NCBI GenBank assembly: GCA_947493575.1
Contig: CANLRQ010000007.1
Span: forward strand, 40,208-104,207
Direction of reading: 5' to 3'
Origin: an uncultured Marinomonas sp.
GTDB taxonomy: Bacteria > Pseudomonadota > Gammaproteobacteria > Pseudomonadales > Marinomonadaceae
DNA length: 64,000 nt
Numbering within the stretch: the first letter of the stretch is position 1; each line of letters opens with the position of its first letter. Positions 31,595-39,541 of the stretch are shown here, piece after piece. The notes under the pieces were generated by a model that was not told where the DNA came from, did not search any database, and saw only the letters and a list, made by a program, of their open reading frames with translations. Both the position numbers and the translations under genes were made by a program.

Positions 31595-32884
31595 ATGAGT
31601 TTTTCAGCCCTTCATTTACACCCAACATTATTAACAACACTAGATCAGTTAGGCTACGACAAGCCAACACAAATCCAAAAGCAATCCATTCCTCTTATCC
31701 TAAAAGGCAGAGATGTGGTTGCAGCAGCGCAAACAGGCACAGGTAAAACAGCCGCCTTTTGTTTGCCATTACTGCAAAACTTAACCAAAGGAAAACGTGG
31801 CCCAGCCAACACGGTTCGATGTCTTATTTTAGCGCCAACGCGAGAATTAGCCGCGCAAATTGGTGACAGCGTTCGTACCTACAGTAAAGGCCTGAATTTA
31901 CGCAGCCAAACAGTTTATGGTGGAGTGCAATTACATCCTCAAATAAATGGTTTAAAACGCGGTGCTGATGTTCTTGTGGCAACGCCTGGTCGCCTCATGG
32001 ATTTGGTTCAACAGGGGGCAATTCACTTTTCCCATTTAGAATTTTTAGTTCTGGATGAAGCGGATCGCATGTTGGATTTAGGCTTTGAAAAATCATTAAA
32101 CGAGCTGCTAACTCTCATCCCAAAGCAGCGTCAAACACTAATGTTTTCCGCCACTTATTCGGATCACATTCGCCAACTTGCCAAACTATGGTTGTCTGAT
32201 CCAACAGAAGTGGCCGTCAGTAAAAGCAATCAGGTCGCCAATACCGTTCGTCACCAACTCTATCCCGTGGACAAAGCTCGAAAAGCTGAATTATTAGCCG
32301 AACTATTAGAGCGCCAACATTGGGAACAAGCACTTATTTTTGCGCGTACTAAGCGAGGTGCAGATGAGGTAACCGAGATTTTGTTGTCTCAAGGTTTCAG
32401 TGTGGCCGCCATTCACGGGGACAAATCACAACCTGTTCGTCTTAGTACCTTAGAGAAATTCAAATCGGGTAAATTGGCCTACCTAATTGCAACAGACATT
32501 GCTGCTCGCGGTTTGGACATTCAGAGTTTGCCTGTAGTGATCAATTTGGATTTACCCCATGTCGCTGAGGATTACATTCATCGTATTGGCAGAACCGGAC
32601 GAGCGGGACAAGAAGGCAGAGCCGTGTCTTTAGTTTGTGCAGATGAGTTTGAATCATTACAAGCCATTGAAGTACTGTTAAAAGCGCGCATCAATCGTCG
32701 AGAAATCCCCGGCTTTGAACCTGATCATCGTGTGCCAGATTCTCACCCTAGATCACAAAAGAAATCAGTAAAGCCTAATAAGGCTAACAAAACAAAACAA
32801 CCTATAGAAAAACCTGATGTAACAGAAGGCCCGGGGTTAAGAAGCAGCCCCTTTGCAAAATTAAATTCCTCAAAGAAAAAATAA
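31595..32884 (+). CDS. DEAD-box RNA helicase (RhlE-like)
   Basis: AQTGTGKT, PTRELA, DEAD, SAT, ARGLD, HRIGRTGR; start MSFSAL at 31595. Confidence 0.95.
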   Translation: MSFSALHLHPTLLTTLDQLGYDKPTQIQKQSIPLILKGRDVVAAAQTGTGKTAAFCLPLLQNLTKGKRGPANTVRCLILAPTRELAAQIGDSVRTYSKGLNLRSQTVYGGVQLHPQINGLKRGADVLVATPGRLMDLVQQGAIHFSHLEFLVLDEADRMLDLGFEKSLNELLTLIPKQRQTLMFSATYSDHIRQLAKLWLSDPTEVAVSKSNQVANTVRHQLYPVDKARKAELLAELLERQHWEQALIFARTKRGADEVTEILLSQGFSVAAIHGDKSQPVRLSTLEKFKSGKLAYLIATDIAARGLDIQSLPVVINLDLPHVAEDYIHRIGRTGRAGQEGRAVSLVCADEFESLQAIEVLLKARINRREIPGFEPDHRVPDSHPRSQKKSVKPNKANKTKQPIEKPDVTEGPGLRSSPFAKLNSSKKK

Positions 32885-32942
32885 CAGTTAAGCCATATTC
32901 AACAACTTAAACTCAAAAATAAAGAAGCTTGTCTATTACTCA

Positions 32943-32963
32943 GAGACCTTTGCACGAAGCCAT
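32943..32963. mobile_element. Solo terminal repeat of MITE/IS family A
   Basis: GAGACCTTTGCACGAAGCCAT; no partner end with a matching TSD found. Confidence 0.55.
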
Positions 32964-33203
32964 AAGTAGTCATAAAACGAAACAGCAATAAAAGCCGCCA
33001 GTGTCATGTTCCATATTTTTGGTGTACGAGTTTATGGCTACCGCAGCCATTCACGGGACCAAATGATCGCAGCCCTACAAGTTGGGCTGCCTTGGTTACC
33101 TTGGCAAAATGCGCTGCACTAATTTCGCCAGTTTTAAATATCACCTTCCCTTGTTTTCATCTCTGCATTTTTTCGAAGATGAGGCGTATCAAAACGCTGA
33201 TAA

Positions 33204-33506
33204 CTAAAACCCTTTATAGCTTTGAATCAGTTCATCGTTTACAAAAAGTTCATAACAATGGGGGCGGATGCCGCCAAAAATAAGTGGTCGGGTGCGTTCC
33301 AATCGAACCTTATGTTTTTCCTCTGTACCAACTTCAAATTCGAAGGTCTTTTTTAAATTTATGGATAGATTAGACGCGTGATTAGCGGTGCTTTTAAATG
33401 ATTTCAGATCGCCATTTTCAAGATAAGAAAGGCTACCTGTTATCCAATTTCTCTGAATAATCAGATGCGTTTTTTCTTTGTCGCCAAGTATTACCTTCAG
33501 GTTCAT
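33204..33506 (-). CDS. Small hypothetical beta-rich protein (100 aa)
   Basis: ORF MNLKVILG...YKGF; the ORF-track start at 33563 falls inside a MITE, so ATG 33506 is preferred. Confidence 0.6.
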   Translation of the reverse strand: MNLKVILGDKEKTHLIIQRNWITGSLSYLENGDLKSFKSTANHASNLSINLKKTFEFEVGTEEKHKVRLERTRPLIFGGIRPHCYELFVNDELIQSYKGF

Positions 33507-33550
33507 ATTTTTTCCAATGTAACGATCAATGAGGTTCTGTGTAAAACAGT

Positions 33551-33652
33551 GAAACCTTTGCACGAAGTCATGAGAGATGGCACGAAGTCATGAGCGATGA
33601 TGAGTCTGTTTCAACAAAGTATTAGCAAGCGCAATAGTCGTGCAAAGGTCTC
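33551..33652. mobile_element. MITE family A, 102 bp, 5-bp TSD ACAGT
   Basis: GAAACCTTTGCACG...CGTGCAAAGGTCTC TIRs; ACAGT on both flanks; internal 20-bp tandem duplication. Confidence 0.85.
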
Positions 33653-33771
33653 ACAGTATAATTCGATTCGATCTACACGTCTTTCTCTTATATCTGCAAT
33701 GCCGTGTAATAGTGTTTCTTCGCGTATCCTTTATTCTTTGACACAACAAGTCTCAATACCGTTAGCGTTTA

Positions 33772-33859
33772 GAAACCTTTGCACTAAGTCATGAGCGATG
33801 ATAAGACGAGTCTGTTTTTAACAGAGTATTAGCAAGCCTAGTAGTCGTGCAAAGGTTTC
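33772..33859. mobile_element. MITE family A, 88 bp, 5-bp TSD GTTTA
   Basis: GAAACCTTTGCAC...GTGCAAAGGTTTC TIRs; GTTTA on both flanks. Confidence 0.85.
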
Positions 33860-33895
33860 GTTTAATAACAAATCATACATAAAAAGGATGAGGAT

Positions 33896-34234
33896 ATGAG
33901 CACAGCAGACGGACGCATTGCATTAAATGCAACATTGTTAAAAGAACAACGAAAAAAGTTTGGACTCAGTCAAGAAAAATTGGCGGAAGCGTGTTTAAAA
34001 CAGGGGCTGTCAGTTTCTGTATCTTCCATCAAGCGAGCTGAGCTAGGCATGAATGTTTTGTACCGGACGGCAACTCAGTTAGCTGCTTTTTATAGTATTT
34101 CACTCGATAAACTCTTAGCAAACACAGCCCCAATAAATGCCCCTTCCAAAGAATTAAAAACACCGTCTATATTCCCTTATTACAAAAAACCTTTATTAAC
34201 CATAGTATTGGAAATTGGTCCTCAACCTTATTAA
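33896..34234 (+). CDS. XRE-family HTH protein, possibly the truncated N-terminus of a larger regulator
   Basis: LKEQRKKFGLSQEKLAE...SIKRAE HTH; the reading frame stays open after the TAA into an IS5-type mini element. Confidence 0.65.
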   Translation: MSTADGRIALNATLLKEQRKKFGLSQEKLAEACLKQGLSVSVSSIKRAELGMNVLYRTATQLAAFYSISLDKLLANTAPINAPSKELKTPSIFPYYKKPLLTIVLEIGPQPY

Positions 34235-34281
34235 ACACAAGCAGAAAGCATTGAAACCTGTATTAATGACTTCAATGCTAG

Positions 34282-34344
34282 AGAAGGTACGAATAGCAGG
34301 CTTTTATCCACATGCTTAGGCAAAAGGGCTTATTCGAACCTTCC
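34282..34344. mobile_element. Minimal IS5-type MITE relic (family B)
   Basis: AGAAGGTACGAATAG...CTTATTCGAACCTTCC ends; interior matches the right end of 43108-43369; flanks CTAG/CAAG. Confidence 0.65.
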
Positions 34345-34352
34345 CAAGAAGA

Positions 34353-35474
34353 TTACGCACTTGCTCGACTTCTTTGCGGCTGATGAACATGGCCATTTCG
34401 CCTTTGCCAAAAGGGGTGGTTTGGCCAGCGTTGCTCTTTTTGATAAATCCCTTGCTTAATATTCAGATATTCATCAAAAATACGTAGCGTATCATTTTGA
34501 TAGTGCTTCACGGCATCTGGGTCATCCCCCATCAAAGCATGAACGCCATGACAAGCACTGCTCATTGCAAAACCAATCCCCATGGAAGAAACAGGATCAA
34601 ACGATACTACAGAATCACCAATAGCAAGAAACTTATTAGGAAAGTCAGAAACATAATATTGACTATGAGCCTGTTTAACCCAAAGCTTAGATTGGGTTGA
34701 AACACTGCCTTGCAAGTGAGAGCTCAAAGCCTTAGTTGCCGCAAGACATTGGTTCCATTGCTCTTTACGATTAAGCTGCATCTCTTTCATCACATCCATG
34801 TCGGTAAAGCAGGTCACCACTGCCAAGTCGCGAGATAACCCCGCCATATACCACCAGCCATATTCACAACTTTCTATTCGTTGCAGTTGTTCAAAGCCCT
34901 GATTTGGATGTTCAATAAAGGTTCCAATACCCACTAACTGATCAGAGACAGTACGCTCAAGCCCTAACGCTTTGCCAATTTTACTTTGGCGACCAGAAGC
35001 ATCAATAAGGTATTCACTTTGAAATTGCAGAGCGCCTTCATCAGGATGGACAACCTCAACCTGCCACGTCGCATCCTGCTGGCTGATGTCCATTTGTTTG
35101 CAACGGGGAATGACCGTACCACCCCGCTCCACCATGGTCATCAGCAAGGTTTCATCAAAAAGAGCACGATCTAATTGGTAAGTAGCACCTTGAGTGGTGA
35201 ACAAACTGTGATGATTGCTTTGAATGTCACTGCCCCAATAACTTTCCTTGCCGTAGTTCGGCACAAAACACCCTTCACCAAATTCACTGCGAGGGATCTC
35301 AAGATATTCCAAAAAATCAAAGGTGCTATGAGATACTTGCTCACCAATGCGTTGCTGGGTGAAATCCCCTCGTTCCAGCAACAACACCGATTTTTTATGG
35401 TGCAGCATCAATGAAAGCGCACAAGCGGCCCCAGCGGGACCGCCTCCTATCACAATGACGTCATAGGTCGCCAT
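34353..35474 (-). CDS. lodB: FAD-dependent flavoprotein needed for CTQ cofactor biogenesis in LodA
   Basis: GGGPAG, IDASGR, IGDSVVSFDPVSSMGI; directly downstream of lodA. Confidence 0.9.
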   Translation of the reverse strand: MATYDVIVIGGGPAGAACALSLMLHHKKSVLLLERGDFTQQRIGEQVSHSTFDFLEYLEIPRSEFGEGCFVPNYGKESYWGSDIQSNHHSLFTTQGATYQLDRALFDETLLMTMVERGGTVIPRCKQMDISQQDATWQVEVVHPDEGALQFQSEYLIDASGRQSKIGKALGLERTVSDQLVGIGTFIEHPNQGFEQLQRIESCEYGWWYMAGLSRDLAVVTCFTDMDVMKEMQLNRKEQWNQCLAATKALSSHLQGSVSTQSKLWVKQAHSQYYVSDFPNKFLAIGDSVVSFDPVSSMGIGFAMSSACHGVHALMGDDPDAVKHYQNDTLRIFDEYLNIKQGIYQKEQRWPNHPFWQRRNGHVHQPQRSRASA

Positions 35475-35477
35475 AAT

Positions 35478-37670
35478 TTACCCTCTCATCCTAGTACCTG
35501 AACGGTGCAGAATATTGCTGGTTCGAATCGGCTTAAAGGCGCGTTTCTCGAAATAATCTGCCATCAAGCGCCCTTTCGCTGTCCCTTTTCCTTCCAGAGA
35601 CTCTTTTTGAGCATTAATAAAGAACACAGGCAAGGTAGTGTCATTGTCATCAGAGTTGCCACTGATTTGCCCAACCCCAATTTCTTTGAAATCAAACAGT
35701 TCATTGTTTCTTTCAGATTCGGTGAAATAAGGGAAGCCTTCGTTATTCGAGTTGCGATTTCGAATAAACGCCAATGCAGACCAATGCTCGACCATCTGTC
35801 CATAGCTATTAATGCCACGGGCATAATTGATCTGTTGACCCGCAGGCAGATGACTATGAAGCTGACCAGCAACATCCAACTCACCTGTTAACACATCCCA
35901 AGGGCTTTGTGGCGGCCACCAGTAGCTGTAATACGCCGGTGGCAGAGGCGTTTTTGGCTCCACGTCTTTCGTTGCTGAAACATGAGACTTATCTGGAACG
36001 GAGACACCATCAGGTAAATCACCCCATGTGTAGACCGTTTCCGTTACCTGTACTTCGGTTTGGGTGGCTTTATTGACTTGAGGCTCACTGAAATTAACCG
36101 TTTGAATCGTACAGTTGAAGAAATCTGCCTGCCAAGGGCACGCCATACGTTTGGTTAAATCACCCGGTTCACAGCCACCGCCTTCACATTCATCACGGCT
36201 TGGTGACAAACCGTTTGCTGTAAAATAGGTCTCGTCTTCAAAGTGTTTAATTTTATAAGCATCTTCATACAATTCTGAATTTTGAAGACTCCACGTCACC
36301 TCAATGCCCGGACACATTGGCAAGCCAACACAATTACCAATACTTGCTGTGTCTATTTGATTAACAGGAAGTGCAGCCGAACCACTCACAACAAACAAAC
36401 CTTCAGCCCATTGTTTTAACAAGAACATTTGCGTCGCATCCAATGCGAGAAACTTCTCTACAATGTTGTCAGTCAGATCATAAGAATTTGCACTGCTCAC
36501 AGAATTACTGCCTGAGTTCATTGGCATCATCGGCAATATATCGCCTTCCGCAGAATCACTCATCAGTTGTTGCTGAGGCTGATCGTAATCTCCAATGACC
36601 TTATTATCTAACTGACGAAAGTAATTGTAATACTTCATTCGGTTAGCCTGATTAGTCGGGCTGTTATCACGATAATCAAATTGGAAAGAGAAGAATCCAC
36701 TCATGGATTGGACATTTGAAACCCACTGATAGGCACCAATACGCTGGACTATCGGTAAAATATCGCGTTCAAAGTCAGCAACATAAGCGCCATTGAATCC
36801 CATATTCTCTGTACCATAGGTATCAACATTGTACAGATCTGGCACTAGGTTAAAGTTGCGAACACCCACATCAAAAAAGGTATCGTTCAGGTTTGAAATA
36901 TTGACAATCTCAGGGGCAAAATCTGGGGAACCAACGACAACCCACGCTTTCTCTGTGTCCTGCGGCGCGTTATCGTATGTTACGACACAAGAGACTGATC
37001 CATCTGAAATATCATCATACCAATCGTCACCACCACCGTAACCTTCTAGATCGGTATTACCACCAGCAAACCCATAGCCACCTAAGACAATCAAACGCCC
37101 CTGACTGTCCGTACGCAACGTCCCTAAGCTGGTAAACTCTGGCGAACCTTGGCTCAATTCACCTTCAGGGTAAGAGGAATGAGTATAACTGCTAGGGATA
37201 TTCGTGATGCTCACTTCCACTTCAGCAAGGCTACCACTAATAACCCGCGGCCCTAAATCAATAATCAGCCCTTGTCTTGCTGATTCGTCTTCAATCGACG
37301 CATTACGCCAAGGCACTCCTCGATTGAGATAACTGTTTTCATCACCATAAAGCAAGTTGCCATTCAGCTCTCTAAACTCATACCATGCGGCTTTTTTATT
37401 CGCTAAATGAACCGTCCATTCAATGTTAGTGACATTCGCTGACCCCAAGGTTAACTCGTTGTTGTCTTCATCAAAAATTTTAAAAACTTGACCCTGACGA
37501 CGAATACAACCCGCTTCGTCCTTGAAGTTAATAACCTCCGTCGTCGGCAATAAATTTGCATCAGGTTCATAAGGCAAACCGCCAATTTTAATCGGGTTTA
37601 ATACAAAATCATTACTCTCGGCATTACCCAACCGAGCAACACCAACTGAAGGATGAACTGAAATTGTCAT
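35478..37670 (-). CDS. lodA: L-lysine epsilon-oxidase (LodA, CTQ quinoprotein; marinocine/AlpP-like)
   Basis: SVHPSVGVARLG, HLANKKAAWY, PGDLTKRMACPWQADF (catalytic Asp and CTQ Cys), YWWPPQSPW (CTQ Trp), C-terminal RSGTRMRG as recalled for Marinomonas LodA. Confidence 0.95.
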   Translation of the reverse strand: MTISVHPSVGVARLGNAESNDFVLNPIKIGGLPYEPDANLLPTTEVINFKDEAGCIRRQGQVFKIFDEDNNELTLGSANVTNIEWTVHLANKKAAWYEFRELNGNLLYGDENSYLNRGVPWRNASIEDESARQGLIIDLGPRVISGSLAEVEVSITNIPSSYTHSSYPEGELSQGSPEFTSLGTLRTDSQGRLIVLGGYGFAGGNTDLEGYGGGDDWYDDISDGSVSCVVTYDNAPQDTEKAWVVVGSPDFAPEIVNISNLNDTFFDVGVRNFNLVPDLYNVDTYGTENMGFNGAYVADFERDILPIVQRIGAYQWVSNVQSMSGFFSFQFDYRDNSPTNQANRMKYYNYFRQLDNKVIGDYDQPQQQLMSDSAEGDILPMMPMNSGSNSVSSANSYDLTDNIVEKFLALDATQMFLLKQWAEGLFVVSGSAALPVNQIDTASIGNCVGLPMCPGIEVTWSLQNSELYEDAYKIKHFEDETYFTANGLSPSRDECEGGGCEPGDLTKRMACPWQADFFNCTIQTVNFSEPQVNKATQTEVQVTETVYTWGDLPDGVSVPDKSHVSATKDVEPKTPLPPAYYSYWWPPQSPWDVLTGELDVAGQLHSHLPAGQQINYARGINSYGQMVEHWSALAFIRNRNSNNEGFPYFTESERNNELFDFKEIGVGQISGNSDDNDTTLPVFFINAQKESLEGKGTAKGRLMADYFEKRAFKPIRTSNILHRSGTRMRG

Positions 37671-37952
37671 ATCTTTCTCCTGCTTCTTACACTGAAATCC
37701 ATGGGCACGTTTGTTGAGATTTCAGCAAAGCAGGCAACGCATTTTTAAACAGTATCAGTTTGGTGTCACTTGTCGTTTTCCTTGCAGTTTGGCTCTGCTT
37801 GTTTGCTGATGTTTGTTTATTGATTTTTTTATTGAGGGAAGTAAGCATCTTTAATATAGCAGGAAGAACAACTAAAGAAGCCTTCCCGCATTGAGAAAGA
37901 ATATACAAAGACAAAAGATGGAGTACGAGAGTAACGATCTATCGAGGTGCAA

Positions 37953-38252
37953 CTACTTATGTTCCACCACTTTCAATTCAAAATTCAATGACTTAAGCAC
38001 TTTCATCACGGTATCAAATTGAGGCCGAGAGCCGACACGCAATGCTTTGTAAAGGCTTTCTCTACCCAGCCCAGTGTCTTTGGCTATTTGAGTCATTCCT
38101 CGTGCTTTTGCTATATAACCTAATGCGTGAATCAGCTCATTATAATCGCCCTCTTCCAGAACCATTGATAAATACGCCGCACTGTCTTCATCTGTGCGAA
38201 GTTGTTCTGCCATATCAAAGCGAGTCAGATTCTTTATGTTACTCATGGCCAT
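37953..38252 (-). CDS. Addiction-module antidote (HTH antitoxin), without an intact toxin
   Basis: FDMAEQL, ALGYIAKARGMTQIAKDTGLGRESLYKAL..G..PQFDTVMKVL. Confidence 0.88.
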   Translation of the reverse strand: MAMSNIKNLTRFDMAEQLRTDEDSAAYLSMVLEEGDYNELIHALGYIAKARGMTQIAKDTGLGRESLYKALRVGSRPQFDTVMKVLKSLNFELKVVEHK

Positions 38253-38321
38253 TGCCTCTCTTCTAATTGCTTAGCTCGATGCCTCGCTATCTCTATGTCT
38301 TTATTTTGTGTAATTAAGTAT
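38231..38321 (+). repeat. Direct repeat copy 1 (91 bp): antitoxin start plus upstream relic
   Basis: Near-identical to 39298-39394 (3 substitutions, one 6-bp indel). Confidence 0.9.
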
Positions 38322-38449
38322 GCTCGTATTATTTAGTTTAACGAGCCAAGGTGGTTGGTTAACTCGGCGGCTCAGCCCTCTTCATAAATTGCATGAAGTC
38401 AACTTAACGCGTATATTTTCATTTCGCTTTTTTATCTCAAGGAAGACTT

Positions 38450-38986
38450 GTGAGCAAACCCTTTTTCATGCCTTTTTCCTTTGAAGGACAGCTTTATGAA
38501 TTTGACCATTTAGAGCCTTTCCATATAAAAATAGACAGTGAAAAAGCAAAGAGAGAGCTCAGAATACAAGTCACTTTTTCTAACCACTGCTTCTCTTACA
38601 CACGTATAGATGAACCATGGTCAACCGTATTAGACAAAAATGAAAGTAGACCTCGAGTATTTTGCCCCACTCGATATAGGCTTTCACTTCAATTGCCTGA
38701 CATCATCCAACGATTAAATGACCCTAGCATCAAAGTGCATCAAACGTGGCACAGACGGAATTGGGTATATTCTATGAAAATAGAAGACCCATCAGGCCCA
38801 TACCATGTATTTTTCGAGATCAAAAAATCCCCTAAGCACAAATCAAAGTACCAAGAATTAAGCCTACACGTTGAAAGTGCATATCATGAAGATGAGGGAA
38901 GAGCACCCAATGTGGTCGGTACAATGAAGTTCCATATTTTATGCAACAACACGTACTTAGGGAGGAAGGTCTCAACAAAAAAATAA
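38450..38986 (+). CDS. Hypothetical 178-aa protein, possibly a RelE/BECR-like RNase fold
   Basis: Intact ORF with RBS (AAGGAAG, GTG start); FSNHCF and YHVFF...LSLHVESAY patterns; the fold call is a guess. Confidence 0.6.
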   Translation: MSKPFFMPFSFEGQLYEFDHLEPFHIKIDSEKAKRELRIQVTFSNHCFSYTRIDEPWSTVLDKNESRPRVFCPTRYRLSLQLPDIIQRLNDPSIKVHQTWHRRNWVYSMKIEDPSGPYHVFFEIKKSPKHKSKYQELSLHVESAYHEDEGRAPNVVGTMKFHILCNNTYLGRKVSTKK

Positions 38987-38995
38987 AAATCAGAC

Positions 38996-39138
38996 ATAAA
39001 AAAAGCGCTTACGCGCTTATTTTATACTAATAAATAGTAAATCCAGACACCACTCCGACTTTCGTCTTGGTCAACCTTGCGTCAACACTGGTCACCCAGC
39101 TGGGGAACGTTCAATCTCATCTGGTCAGTCGCTCCGAT
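38996..39138 (-). ncRNA. Candidate ~140-nt structured ncRNA convergent with the 178-aa ORF
   Basis: Locally GC-rich; promoter-like TTTAAA-17-TAGTAT upstream; GAC-GAAA-GTC and CCCAGCTGGG hairpins; TGACCA x3; own terminator. Confidence 0.35.
38998..39024. terminator. Bidirectional terminator, stronger on the minus strand
   Basis: Minus strand reads AAGCGC-GTAA-GCGCTT followed by a T run. Confidence 0.75.
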
Positions 39139-39297
39139 AGTGTAATACTAGAATATAATGACCTTTCTTTAAAATTGATTCTGACTATCAAAAAATCAAA
39201 AATCATAGAATCAGCGAACGCGGGTGAACGCTTTTATATAATGGCTATAGCGTTAACGGTGTATTTATTCGATACCAAAGCGGAATGGCAGACAGGC

Positions 39298-39394
39298 TCT
39301 TTATGTTACTCATAGCCATTACCTCTCTTCTAATTGCTTAGCTCGATGCCTAGCTATCTCTATGCCTATGTCTTTATTTTGTGTAATTAAGTAT
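39298..39394 (+). repeat. Direct repeat copy 2 (97 bp)
   Basis: Matches 38231-38321; carries MAMSNIK, which then diverges into a 24-codon dead-end ORF. Confidence 0.9.
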
Positions 39395-39541
39395 ACCGGT
39401 CACTCGTACAACTATTGTTCAAATTAACGACCTAATAAGAATACAATCCATCTATTTAAGTCAGATATTTTATACACAAATAAAAGTAACACATTGAAAT
39501 ATAAGCATTAAGTATATGGATGGCTCGTATTATTCATAGCA

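Noticed and set aside
39067-39315. 82-aa plus-strand ORF over the candidate ncRNA
   Set aside because: TTG-type start without a clear RBS, no motifs, and it runs into the direct repeat. The minus-strand promoter and terminator signals fit an RNA better, though a peptide cannot be excluded.
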